Positions 42,301 to 51,339 of a DNA stretch of 64,000 nucleotides are shown here, piece by piece. Position 1 is the stretch's first letter; each line of letters opens with the position of its first letter. Made by a program: the position numbers and the translations under genes. The notes under the pieces are model-generated. The model was given only the letters and a program-made list of their open reading frames with translations, did not search any database and was not told the DNA's origin. This stretch comes from Candidatus Dojkabacteria bacterium (lineage in GTDB: Bacteria; Patescibacteriota; Dojkabacteria; B142; OLB20), in the NCBI GenBank assembly GCA_035444565.1, contig DAOMOX010000001.1, positions 322,335 through 386,334 of the forward strand, read 5' to 3'.

Positions 42301-42734
42301 GTTTTTTGCTCAAAAAAGAGAACCCCTTCGGCTCTCATTATTTGCATTACTACTACTCTCTCGTTTCCTTTTACTACAAATGTTCCTCTTTCGCTCATTA
42401 CTGGAATATCGGAAACAAAAAGTTTTTGTTTTTTAATTTCTCCCGTCTTTTTGTTTATCAACTTAACAAAAACATACAATGGCATCTGATAAGAAAGTCC
42501 CAACCTTTGTGCCTCTTGCATTCCCATATTAACCTCTCCCCACTCTAATTCCTCAAAGTAAAGCTCCCAAGTTTCTCCTGTATAATCCAAAATTGGATTT
42601 ACTTCATGAAAAATTTCTTTTATTCCTGCTTTTATGAAGTCTTGAAAGGATTCGAGTTGAGCCTGTATTAAATTTGGCTCGATTCTTTCTAATTTATGTA
42701 TTGCGAGGTTAATTCTTTCGTTTGTATTTTTCAT
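39339..42734 (-). CDS. rpoB: RNA polymerase beta subunit
   Basis: GDKL...HGDKG, GGQRFGEME, NMQRQA. Confidence 0.99.
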   Translation of the reverse strand: MKNTNERINLAIHKLERIEPNLIQAQLESFQDFIKAGIKEIFHEVNPILDYTGETWELYFEELEWGEVNMGMQEAQRLGLSYQMPLYVFVKLINKKTGEIKKQKLFVSDIPVMSERGTFVVKGNERVVVMQIMRAEGVLFFEQKTSTSKSPLFAVKLMPLRGRWFDFEVNKYGVMSIKLLDKRPRVLLTTLLRALGYSTDRDLKNAMSGIGDLRLLENTLRRDTTTNTEEALLEIYRKLRPEDSLNIDNAKVFLDNIFFNKRRFYLGKTGRYQLNKKLGVNTSITEEDYLLNKEDLVHVVRSLIQLNNGERQIDDIDSLANRRIRGVGELIGDRLRIGVLRVEKNTRDRMSTYGAEDLVTPSLLVNTKPISSSLNEFFGSSAVSRYMDQENILSELETKRRITAGGPRGLTKERASFSVRDVHSSHYSKLCPVTTPEGPSIGIVSHMAKYARVNEFGFLEAPYFRVLSNVSPSRIDTRSLIGHVLREDVKDSKEKVVLKKGKALTKEDIAKLKDLGVDTLKVEPVVTNEVVYLDADGEKEYRIGRADLEKDEKGRLRSGNTYARYDGSYVNIPTEQLDFVDINPGQIAGLGFSLVPFAQNDDPTRSLMASNMQRQAVPLLEPETPIVGTGYEKVVAESSGRLIKAEKAGVVVASEAGKLTIKYDGDKKPVVHLIDKFIKTNQNTCFSQQVRVVKGQKISKGDVLVDGPSMADGELALGRNLTAAVMVFDGYNYEDGIVISERLVREDILTSIHIKEYVQDIRETKLGDEQITRDIPNVGEHALRNLNDEGIVRIGASVSSQDILVGIIAPKGETELTAEEKLLRAIFGEYARDVRDNSLRLPHGDEGIVIGVQLLDKIKGDKLNPGVIKQVKVWVARTSKISVGDKLTGLHGDKGVVSRILPDEDMPFLKDGTKIDIVLSPMFVKRMNIGQLKELEVAQKAKQAGVKVEVPPFAQLDMDILEKLMPKDSVDVKRTLYDGRTGEPFDKKVLIGSRYVVKLNHLSSDKIHARSTGSYTLVTQQPLGGKAQFGGQRFGEMEVWALEAHAAVHNLQELLTIKSDDVVGRASAYKSIIQGTEIEAPNIPESFKVFINELRALGLNPELLELKEDYVDDSAVAAGVIDEEAEELMQE

Positions 42735-42759
42735 AGTTGTTGCGAAAGTAATACACTAA

Positions 42760-42998
42760 AAATAAAAATCTTTGAGATTTCAAAGTTTTTTGTTATGCTA
42801 AAAATTCTACAAGTTTTCTAGGCAAAATTTCGTACTAGCTACGAAAACATTTAACTAAATAAAAAACACGCACTATGAAACGTGCGTCTATGTATATGTA
42901 TGTTATTTAGTTAAATAAGCCAGAAAATTTAATAATCTTCAAGAGAATTTTTTGCTTAAGCAGCTTCCCTTATAACATAGAATTCGAATAGAAGTCAA
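42760..42998 (-). promoter_or_regulatory. rpoB promoter and highly structured leader of about 230 nt
   Basis: TTGACT-18-TATAAG on the minus strand (42998-42969); perfect 14-bp stem 42849-42862/42903-42916 plus nested stems. Confidence 0.55.
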
Positions 42999-43100
42999 TA
43001 CTTTTGGAACGTTTTAAGGCTATTTTTTTTATTAGATAATTACTCTTTACATATGATTAATTTTTACCTATGCTATTGGTATTAATTGAGAATTTTTAAT

Positions 43101-43724
43101 ATGAAAAAGTTATTATTTACGTTTTCACTGGTTGTACTATCTTTATTAGTCCTCCCAACTTCTGTTTATGCCTACACTGTTTCGCCTGATTCTGGATCTT
43201 ATGCTCCTGGTGACGAACAAACAATCGCTATACTTGCTTCCCCTCCAGGAGAAACGTCTACATTACAGCTTAGACTTGCCGTTGTAAATGCTACCATTGT
43301 TCCTGGTTCGATAAATACTTCTGCTGCAGAAGAAAATGGATATCTTTTTATAGGTGTTTGTCCAGACAATACTAAGTATACAACCACAACGCTTTGTATA
43401 GACGTTGCCAAAACGACAGGAATGATTGCAAATGGAGATTTGTTAGGTCAGTTTAAGATTAAATTTAACTCCGGTGTTTCTTCGGCCACACTAGTTACAA
43501 ATACTGAAAATGGTTACTTGATTGGTAGTAGTGTCCAACCAGATGAAGGTAGAGGTCTTGGATCCTACCTTGTTAGCGTAATAAATACACCAACACCTAC
43601 AGATTTGCCAGTAACAGGAATAGAGGATTACCCTGTATTAGTTGTCGCAGGAGGTGTTTTCCTAGTATTCGTTGGAATGGGCTTCTTTATCGTTAGATCA
43701 AGATCACAGAGTTTACAATCATAA
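43101..43724 (+). CDS. Cohesin-like secreted protein with LPVTG sortase signal
   Basis: Signal peptide; beta-rich domain SPDSGSYAPGD...GDLLGQFKIKF; TPTPT-DLPVTG, TM, RSR tail. Confidence 0.7.
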   Translation: MKKLLFTFSLVVLSLLVLPTSVYAYTVSPDSGSYAPGDEQTIAILASPPGETSTLQLRLAVVNATIVPGSINTSAAEENGYLFIGVCPDNTKYTTTTLCIDVAKTTGMIANGDLLGQFKIKFNSGVSSATLVTNTENGYLIGSSVQPDEGRGLGSYLVSVINTPTPTDLPVTGIEDYPVLVVAGGVFLVFVGMGFFIVRSRSQSLQS

Positions 43725-43733
43725 TTAAATAAA

Positions 43734-44345
43734 ATGTCAGAAGAAAAAGACAGAAGTATTAAATCTGCAAGAGAGGAGTTAGATGCTCTTGATACTCAAA
43801 TATTAAAAGCAAAGGCGCTAAGAGAAGCCTTAGAAGAAGAGCGGAAACCAATTTTTAGTGTATACAAGTGGGTTTCACCAGAGAGAGTCTTTGAGCCAAA
43901 GGACAAAAAGTGGTACTTGATTGTGAGTAGTATTTCGATGTTTATCATTGTTTTGTCGCTTCTCACAGAAAATTACGGACTTGTCGTGGCCATCGTAGCT
44001 TTGATTGTTCTTTTATATGCACTAAATAGTGTTCCAGCTCAAAGTGTAAACCACGAGATTACAAACAAAGGAATATCTCTAAACTCCGTCTTATATACTT
44101 GGAAAAAAATCTCTAAGTTTTGGATTTCTACTCGTGGAGAACACACATATCTGAACACTATTATAGAAGAGAAAGAAAATCAAGAAGAACAATTAATAAC
44201 TTATCTAGGAAATGCAGATGTAAAAAAAATTGTGTCTTATCTCTCCCAATATGTCGACTATATTACTGAAACTGAAACCAATAATAATTTTATAAATAGT
44301 CGCTTATTTGGGAATATCGAACCACTAAGCAAATTTATAGATTAA
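43734..44345 (+). CDS. Two-TM membrane protein with PH-like C-terminal domain
   Basis: WVSPER..KWY, two TM, ITNKGI..YTWKKISKFW. Confidence 0.6.
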   Translation: MSEEKDRSIKSAREELDALDTQILKAKALREALEEERKPIFSVYKWVSPERVFEPKDKKWYLIVSSISMFIIVLSLLTENYGLVVAIVALIVLLYALNSVPAQSVNHEITNKGISLNSVLYTWKKISKFWISTRGEHTYLNTIIEEKENQEEQLITYLGNADVKKIVSYLSQYVDYITETETNNNFINSRLFGNIEPLSKFID

Positions 44346-44413
44346 GCACATCTTCCTCTAATATTTTCTCCTATAATTCATTCTAGAGTATAATACTGTT
44401 GCAAATTATTCTC

Positions 44414-44487
44414 GCACCAATAGCTCAGATGGATAGAGCGCCACTTTGCGGAAGTGGAGGTCGCAGGTTCGAATCCTGCTTGGTGCA
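44414..44487 (+). tRNA. tRNA-Arg(GCG)
   Basis: GCACCAA/TTGGTGC acceptor, CCACT-TT-GCG-GA-AGTGG anticodon arm, GCAGG-TTCGAAT-CCTGC. Confidence 0.95.
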
Positions 44488-44611
44488 ATCCTTGAAATAC
44501 GTTTTCACCACACAGACATAATCTCAAGGTTAGACCCTTGCTTTCGCAAGGGTAACTCATCCCTATACCTCATGCTTCTGTAAGGGCTGAGTTAATCCTG
44601 CTTGGTGCAAT
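44472..44611 (+). repeat. 18-bp direct repeat of the tRNA-Arg 3' end flanking two hairpins
   Basis: aatcctgcttggtgcaat at 44472-44489 and 44594-44611. Confidence 0.92.
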
Positions 44612-44679
44612 TAATGTTAGCTCATTTCCTTAGAAAGTGTCCTTTACCCCCTCAGCAATTCTAATGCTATAATCAAAGC

Positions 44680-45675
44680 ATGATTAAAACCGCTTTCGAA
44701 TTAAAAACTGTAAGTAAATTACTCGCTGAGAAGAGGATTGCTAAAAAGCTTTCCTATGACGAGATTTCGGAAATCGTTAAGATTAATCCAGAATATCTTG
44801 AAGCGCTCGAAAATGCGGACTACTCGAAGTTTCCTTCTGAAGTCTACGTGAAAGGTTTTCTGAAGAATTATTCCAAGTTCCTAGGGATAGATCCAGAGCA
44901 CGCACTCGCTCTTTACAGAAGAGAGAGAGAAAAAGCCATGACAAAACCGAAACTCGGAGTTAGTGAGAAAATTAAAAGCAGTAAGTTCAATTTTTCACTA
45001 TCTTCAGGAAAAGTTATTGCATTATTTGCCCTGTTAGTATCATTAATTACGGTACTCTATATAGGAAATTATGTATTTGATATTTTTCAAAACCCTACAC
45101 TAGAACTTCGAAAGCCAGTTGAAATAATAGCCAATGAAAGCGGAAACTTTGTCACCGAAGAGGACTCTGTACAACTCGAAGGTATTTCGGAAATTGGAAA
45201 CAAACTTTCAATTAACGGACAAGAATACCGAGTGAATAGCTTTGAACAATTTACTGTAGACCTGAGACTTGAAGAAGGTTTGAACGAAATCAGAATTTCT
45301 TCACAGAACCAGATTAACAGATCAAGCGAGATAGTATTAAACGTTTTGTACAACAAAAAAGAGCCTGAAGTTGTATCAGTGAATCCAGAAGTAACGGAGG
45401 AAGGACAAGTAAATATTAATTTCCCAATTATTGCTAAGATTGAAGTAACAGGCGAAGGCGCATATCTCGAAGCCAAGGTCGATGGAGAATTACAGGCATC
45501 GAAAGTCTATCCGGTAAATGAAGTTGTACTATTTAATGCACAAGAATCCTTTGAACTCTACATCCCCAGATTTGAATCTATCAATTTATTCATTAACGCA
45601 GAATTGCAAACATTGACAAATCCTCGTGTTAAATTTGCTTTGGTAGATGGTCAGGTTTCTAAGATTAATCCTTAA
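44680..45675 (+). CDS. RodZ-like HTH membrane protein
   Basis: HTH YLEALE..FP..YVKGFLKNY, TM, extracellular beta domains. Confidence 0.8.
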   Translation: MIKTAFELKTVSKLLAEKRIAKKLSYDEISEIVKINPEYLEALENADYSKFPSEVYVKGFLKNYSKFLGIDPEHALALYRREREKAMTKPKLGVSEKIKSSKFNFSLSSGKVIALFALLVSLITVLYIGNYVFDIFQNPTLELRKPVEIIANESGNFVTEEDSVQLEGISEIGNKLSINGQEYRVNSFEQFTVDLRLEEGLNEIRISSQNQINRSSEIVLNVLYNKKEPEVVSVNPEVTEEGQVNINFPIIAKIEVTGEGAYLEAKVDGELQASKVYPVNEVVLFNAQESFELYIPRFESINLFINAELQTLTNPRVKFALVDGQVSKINP

Positions 45676-45676
45676 T

Positions 45677-45916
45677 TTACTTTTTGGGGACTTCGTCCAC
45701 TCCACCCTTGAAGAAAATATTACACCTAAGTAGTCTGAATAGCCCTAGACGAATACCTTTAATCAATCCAAACCGTTCAATTGCTTGATAAGTATATTCG
45801 GAGCAACTTGGGTAGTGAATGCATACTCTGAACTTGTGAGGTTGAGCCCAAAAAGCATGATCAAAGGAAAAAAGCTTCTGATAGATTCTAATACTTTTCA
45901 AAATTACTTGTTTCAT
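45677..45916 (-). CDS. yidD: Membrane protein insertion efficiency factor YidD
   Basis: YQK..S, C..YPSCSEY..AIERFG..G..RLLRC..GGVD.VP. Confidence 0.93.
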   Translation of the reverse strand: MKQVILKSIRIYQKLFSFDHAFWAQPHKFRVCIHYPSCSEYTYQAIERFGLIKGIRLGLFRLLRCNIFFKGGVDEVPKK

Positions 45917-45961
45917 TTTGTTCTTTAATTAAGGAATTTTAACATAATTTAGTTTTTTCCC

Positions 45962-46004
45962 TTGTCAAGTTATCCACAAATAAGCTATTCTATTTTTATC
46001 CACA
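45962..46004 (+). promoter_or_regulatory. dnaA promoter region with two perfect DnaA boxes
   Basis: TTATCCACA at 45970-45978 and 45996-46004; TTGTCA-18-TATTCT. Confidence 0.8.
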
Positions 46005-46095
46005 TTTTCTTCGAGTGCGTGGTCCCTCAGAAAGCCCGACGGATGTCGCATATGTTTATACTGCCTGTTATTATTATTTATATTTTCAATTTCTA

Positions 46096-47475
46096 ATGAC
46101 AGACAATTTAACTGATATCTGGAAAATAACACTTGCTCAGATTGAAATCAAAATCGACTCCCCTGCTCATTTTAAGACATGGTTTCAAAATACTAGTTTA
46201 CTAGAACTTAGTGATAAAGAAGGCAAAATTGGTGTGAACAACTCCTATACTGCCGATTGGTTGAGAAAGCATCACTACAATACAATCACAAAAACCTTGT
46301 CTTATATAGTCGGACGAGAACTTGAAATTGATTTTAATATAGATGAGAAACTAGCCAACAAAAGAAATCCTGTAACCGATAATTCCGTATCAGCAAGTTC
46401 ACCATTATTAAATTACTCCCCTGCAGAGGAAAATATTCATGTTTTGAAAAGAGCCTCTCTAAATGAGTCATATAACTTTGACAACTATATTGTTGGACCG
46501 TCAAACAAATTAGCCCACGCAGCAGCAAAAAGTGTCTCACAGAAACCAGGATTTTCTTATAATCCGCTATTTATCTATGGAGATACTGGACTAGGGAAGA
46601 CACATCTCGCACAGGCAATCGCTAGAGAAATTCTTGAAAGAGACGCTACAAGTAAAATTCTATATATTTCAAGTGAAAGATTCTTGATAGATATGGTTAA
46701 TGCTATTAGATCGAACAGAAGTACACAGTTCCGAGAAAAATACAGAACCCTTGATTTATTAATTATAGACGACATTCAATTCATTTATAAATGGAAAGAA
46801 ACACAAACAGAATTCTTCCATACTTTCAATGTCCTCTATAACGATAAAAAGCAAATAATTCTAGTCTCTGATAGACCCCCAGAGGAAATTCAAAATCTCG
46901 AAGGCAGATTGCGTTCTAGGTTTCAAGGAGGAATGACGGTAGACATAGCAAAGCCTGACTATGAGACGAGGCTGGCTATTCTAGAAAAGAAAATTGAACA
47001 AGTTGGAGGAGATCTTCCTGACTACATACTAGACTTTATCGCAAGCAATATCTCAGACAATATTCGAGAATTAGAAGGAGCACTTCAAAAGATTGCACTC
47101 TTCAACAACATGAAGGATGGAGATTTATCTCTTGAAGAGGTGAAGCACATTTTAGGAAGAGATGACCAGAACAAAAGAAAAAAAATTAAAGCCCCTCAAG
47201 TAATTAAGCAAGTTGCAACAGAGCTAAACGTTACAGCGAAAGATATAAAAGGTCCACGAAGAACAGCAGACGTGGCATTCGCTAGACAGGTTTGTATGTA
47301 CATATTAAGAGAAGATTTCTCATACAAGCTCGAAGATGTTGCTAGTTTATTAAATAGAAAAGATCATACAACAGTTATCCATGCTGTAGATAAAATTAAA
47401 AGTAAGATAATGCTCGATGAAGGATTCAAAGATCAAGTAAATTTAATCAGAGAAAAAATTAACGAACTTTACTGA
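46096..47475 (+). CDS. dnaA: Replication initiator DnaA
   Basis: YNPLFIYG.TGLGKTHL, DDIQF, RELEGA, DHTTVIHA; probable start MTDNL. Confidence 0.98.
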   Translation: MTDNLTDIWKITLAQIEIKIDSPAHFKTWFQNTSLLELSDKEGKIGVNNSYTADWLRKHHYNTITKTLSYIVGRELEIDFNIDEKLANKRNPVTDNSVSASSPLLNYSPAEENIHVLKRASLNESYNFDNYIVGPSNKLAHAAAKSVSQKPGFSYNPLFIYGDTGLGKTHLAQAIAREILERDATSKILYISSERFLIDMVNAIRSNRSTQFREKYRTLDLLIIDDIQFIYKWKETQTEFFHTFNVLYNDKKQIILVSDRPPEEIQNLEGRLRSRFQGGMTVDIAKPDYETRLAILEKKIEQVGGDLPDYILDFIASNISDNIRELEGALQKIALFNNMKDGDLSLEEVKHILGRDDQNKRKKIKAPQVIKQVATELNVTAKDIKGPRRTADVAFARQVCMYILREDFSYKLEDVASLLNRKDHTTVIHAVDKIKSKIMLDEGFKDQVNLIREKINELY

Positions 47476-47684
47476 TTTTCTACACAAATTTGTCCACTTT
47501 TGGGTAATACCGAAAAAGAATAAGACACATAGATAATCAGAAATATGAAAAAAACTTATCCATAAATTATACACATCAGTTTTTTTCTATAAGAGTTCTC
47601 TGTACAATCAAATTGAAATAAATATACACTTATACACGTACACTAATATAACTACTACTATTTTTAATTAATATATATATAGTA
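47476..47684. other. Replication origin oriC
   Basis: DnaA-box variants at 47478, 47490, 47556, 47567 (TTATACACA), 47622 and 47630; DnaA-trio-like ACTACTACTA at 47651-47660; AT-rich run before dnaN. Confidence 0.85.
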
Positions 47685-48815
47685 ATGAAAATCTCTTTAA
47701 TACAAGAAAATCTTGCAAAAGCTTTACTGTACATAAATAAGGCAGTTAGCTCTCGACCGAACATTCCAATTTTAGCGAACGTATTGCTGGAAACCGAGAA
47801 GGGGAAGCTAAAGCTGTCGGCTACGAATCTGGATATCGGAATTAGTACCTGGATTGGTGCAACTGTAGCGGAAGAAGGAAAGATAACAGTTTCAGCAAAA
47901 ATGCTCTCAGACTTCGTGAATTCCTTGAAGTCAGGGAAGATCGAACTTCTTCAGCAAGGACAAACACTTGTGGTTAAGTCTGTGGATAACATCGCCGAGT
48001 TTTATATTATTCCTGCAGAAGACTTTCCAAGGGTACCCCAAGTAGAAGGTGACCCATTACTGGAGATTGATTCGACGACATTGTCAGAGACTTTCACAAA
48101 GACAGCTTTTGCAGCTAGCAATGATGAGTCCAGGCCAGTATTAACAGGACTTTTGTTCAAAGGGAGTAAAAAAAGACTGACAATTGTTGGAGTTGATGGT
48201 TTTCGATTATCAAAAAAAGAAATTATGCTAGAAGAAGATTTGGGAAGTAAAGAGTTTGAAGAGATAGTTCCTGCTCGTGCCGTTTCAGAAGTAGAAAGTC
48301 TAATAAAAGACATGACAGGAAAAAACGACAAGGTTCAAGTTTATCTACTTGGAAATAAAAACCAAATGTTGTTTAAAATTGGAGATGTGGAGTTGAGCAC
48401 AAGACTTATCGAAGGTAAATTTCCAGAATATGACAATATTTTGCCAAAAGATCATAAATTCGAATGTAAAGTAGAAAAATCAGGTCTGAACGATATGTTA
48501 AAAGTTGTTAGTATCTTTGCTAGAAATGTAGTGGGAAATAAAACAAAGTTTAAAATTGATGGCTCAGAATCAAAACTCAAACTTTCCACATCTGTTGTAG
48601 ATATCGGAAACAACGAAAGTGAAATTACAGTAAAAGAGCTTGATGGTGAAGACTTTGAGACTGCCTTTAATGTCAAATTCCTTCAAGACATGGTCAATAC
48701 CATGACAAGTGAAATTATCACATTTCAGACAAACGGGCCAACAGCTCCCGGAGTTTTCCTCGATCCCAAAGACAAAAACTTCATACATGTCGTGATGCCA
48801 ATGAGAGTTGAGTAG
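47685..48815 (+). CDS. dnaN: DNA polymerase III beta clamp
   Basis: PILANVL, ATNL, RPVLTG, DGFRLS, LIEGKFP, VVMPMR. Confidence 0.97.
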   Translation: MKISLIQENLAKALLYINKAVSSRPNIPILANVLLETEKGKLKLSATNLDIGISTWIGATVAEEGKITVSAKMLSDFVNSLKSGKIELLQQGQTLVVKSVDNIAEFYIIPAEDFPRVPQVEGDPLLEIDSTTLSETFTKTAFAASNDESRPVLTGLLFKGSKKRLTIVGVDGFRLSKKEIMLEEDLGSKEFEEIVPARAVSEVESLIKDMTGKNDKVQVYLLGNKNQMLFKIGDVELSTRLIEGKFPEYDNILPKDHKFECKVEKSGLNDMLKVVSIFARNVVGNKTKFKIDGSESKLKLSTSVVDIGNNESEITVKELDGEDFETAFNVKFLQDMVNTMTSEIITFQTNGPTAPGVFLDPKDKNFIHVVMPMRVE

Positions 48816-48897
48816 TAAACTAAAAGTCTTCTCTTTAATCAAGTATAAATGTGCTAATAACTTTGATATTATTAAGAATAGTTATTATCATTATTTG

Positions 48898-50223
48898 ATG
48901 AAAAGTTATAAAGCAGTACTATTCCTAGCTTCCCCATTAATATTCATAATTTGTATCTTCGTCCTGTTTATAATATTTGGATCAACTTCGTCATCTGAGG
49001 GTCCAACTGTATTAATATCTACTACCCCAAAACTTCAAAAAAGTAAGTTAATCACACCTAAGCTCGTAAACGAGGCATATAAAGGAGATCTCCAATATAC
49101 TGTATTGACTTCAGAAGATAAGGTTATAACAAAAGACGTTTCGGGAAAGAGTCTGAACGAATTCCAATTAAATCTGATTTGTAATAATGGCGAAAAGGCT
49201 TTTGATTTCGAAATACTAGAATATGAACAAAAAGTAACCTTTTATACTGTTTGTTCAGAAGGTATTAGATTAATGGAAAATAATGAATTAATAAGACTTA
49301 TTGAATACTCAGAAATTGGGATTAATGAAAAATTAAACTATAAAGAGTATTATTTTACAGTAAAGTTCTCAGAAGATTTGGAGTATATGTTTTATTCTAT
49401 TAAAACTGATGACTCAGAAAGAACAGAAAATGCCTATAGAAGTGGATTATTAAACCTCGGAACAAATAAAGTTGTCTTGATTTCCCCTGATAGAACAGAT
49501 TTTACAAGAGAAGGTCTGGGGATTGTGGGCTATTTTAGTAATAATAAAATAATAATTTTTTATCAAAAAAGCCCATCAGGTGCTCTTGCAGAGGGTTTAT
49601 ATGAATATAACATTGAGAAACAATCCTATGAGAGTTTTCATAACTATGGGATTTCTCCAAGTGATGTAATACAAGGTAGAAATATCTTGGGCAATAAACT
49701 CGTCTTCCATAATGCGTACAAACCATATTCTGATGAATTATATAAGGATAAAGCATATTTAGTTGAAATTGATTTTGGGGAATATGTAAACGAACAAGAA
49801 TATGAACTCCCTACTCGATTCTACTTTCATTCTGTTGCAGATTTTGCAAATGGTTTGCAACAAGTTAGTGATGATGGAAAGATTTCAATACTAAAAACCT
49901 CTTCGCCAGAATGGGAGGGAAATTATGAAACAATTACTAAGAGTGCCTACGTCGACAGTAAAATCGTAGTGTCAAGTGAGGGGAAAATATTGAAAGAATA
50001 TTTTGTAGATCCTCGAAAGATTTTTAGATACTCGCATGTTGATAATGAAAAAATAGTATTTGCAGAACTAAAGTTAGAATACCGAGCAAGTGAAGATGGT
50101 GTAGGGGTGTATAGTGAATATGTCTACGATTCATTACATTTACTTGATATGAAAAAAGACGAAGTAAACAAAGTCACTGATTTAGGGAAAGACACAATAT
50201 CACTACTGGGAGTTAAATTTTAA
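48898..50223 (+). CDS. Membrane-anchored hypothetical protein, beta-rich (possible propeller)
   Basis: N-terminal TM from MKSYKA; long ORF; no family recognised. Confidence 0.6.
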   Translation: MKSYKAVLFLASPLIFIICIFVLFIIFGSTSSSEGPTVLISTTPKLQKSKLITPKLVNEAYKGDLQYTVLTSEDKVITKDVSGKSLNEFQLNLICNNGEKAFDFEILEYEQKVTFYTVCSEGIRLMENNELIRLIEYSEIGINEKLNYKEYYFTVKFSEDLEYMFYSIKTDDSERTENAYRSGLLNLGTNKVVLISPDRTDFTREGLGIVGYFSNNKIIIFYQKSPSGALAEGLYEYNIEKQSYESFHNYGISPSDVIQGRNILGNKLVFHNAYKPYSDELYKDKAYLVEIDFGEYVNEQEYELPTRFYFHSVADFANGLQQVSDDGKISILKTSSPEWEGNYETITKSAYVDSKIVVSSEGKILKEYFVDPRKIFRYSHVDNEKIVFAELKLEYRASEDGVGVYSEYVYDSLHLLDMKKDEVNKVTDLGKDTISLLGVKF

Positions 50224-50235
50224 TAGGAAGAGAAT

Positions 50236-51333
50236 ATGACTGTTGGTAGTTTTAAAGAATTTAACGAATCAGAAAAAAGCGAATGGAATTCATTTGTTGA
50301 CTCTACTCCATACGCTACTATTTTGCAGTTCTGGGAATGGGGGGAACTTAAGAGAAGCGAAGGTTGGCAACCCTATAGAATGGCTCTAGTTGATTCAGGA
50401 GAAATATTAATCTCCGCACAGTGCTTACTAAAAAAAGCTCCCGTACTAGGGAATTATTTATATGTGCCTTATGGTCCAGTATTTAGAGATATAAGCGTTT
50501 TTAAACAAAACCTACCTGATTTTTTGTCTGAACTGAAAAATTTCGCTGATTCAAAAGGCTGTTTTGTGATTGAATTTGATCCATTGATTGGAAAATTAGT
50601 CGATGAAATTGAACCCTCAGAAAACTTACTCCCCTATTTAAACACAGAAATCAAAGAGATTCTCGAGGTGAACGGATTTTCAATAAGCAAAAGGAATATG
50701 CAACCTAGACATAAACTTTTCTATGATTTAAGCAAAACAGAAGAAGAACTGCTGATGTTGATGAAGAAAAACACAAGGTATAACGTTCGGTTAGCTGCGA
50801 AGAAAGGAGTGGAGGTAACCCCTCTCGAGATTTCAGATGAAAAAATGTCAAAGAAAATTGACGAATATTATGAATTACTACTTTCAACACAGGAAAGAGC
50901 AAAAGGTTATCCAATTAGACCAAAGAGGACATTCACTACGCTACTTGAGGTTTTTAAAAACTCGAACTTACTGAAATATTTCGAAGCTAGATTCCAGGGT
51001 GATTTAATTACCGCCAATATTTCACAATTTACATCTTATTGGTCTTCATCGTTTTATGGTGCCTCAAATCGACTTCATCCAGATACAAAGGCCCCATATT
51101 TATTGAGATGGGAATCAGTTCTTGAAGCAAAGAGACGTGGATGCAAAGTTTATGATTTTTGGGGGATTATTCTCGATTCGAAACAACACAGTGGTTACTC
51201 TGAAACCAAACTTAGCTTTGGAGGAACTAGGATGGATACTTATGGATTGTTTGCCTTGCCCTTATCAGATTGGAAATATACGGTTTGGGATAAGTTGTTG
51301 CCCCTTAGAAATAAGATTCCGTTTATTAAATAA
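50236..51333 (+). CDS. FemABX-family peptidoglycan aminoacyltransferase
   Basis: LQFWEWG..GW, YVPYGP, TRYNVRLAAKKGV, YGAS, YDFWG, KLSFGG. Confidence 0.92.
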   Translation: MTVGSFKEFNESEKSEWNSFVDSTPYATILQFWEWGELKRSEGWQPYRMALVDSGEILISAQCLLKKAPVLGNYLYVPYGPVFRDISVFKQNLPDFLSELKNFADSKGCFVIEFDPLIGKLVDEIEPSENLLPYLNTEIKEILEVNGFSISKRNMQPRHKLFYDLSKTEEELLMLMKKNTRYNVRLAAKKGVEVTPLEISDEKMSKKIDEYYELLLSTQERAKGYPIRPKRTFTTLLEVFKNSNLLKYFEARFQGDLITANISQFTSYWSSSFYGASNRLHPDTKAPYLLRWESVLEAKRRGCKVYDFWGIILDSKQHSGYSETKLSFGGTRMDTYGLFALPLSDWKYTVWDKLLPLRNKIPFIK

Positions 51334-51339
51334 TCAAAT

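Noticed and set aside
44378-44560. 60-aa minus-strand ORF
   Set aside because: Antisense to tRNA-Arg
28595-48897. N-terminal extensions on FtsZ (28595), DnaA (46015) and ORF 48808 in the ORF track
   Set aside because: Upstream TTG/GTG artefacts; the conserved or plausible N-termini begin at downstream ATGs
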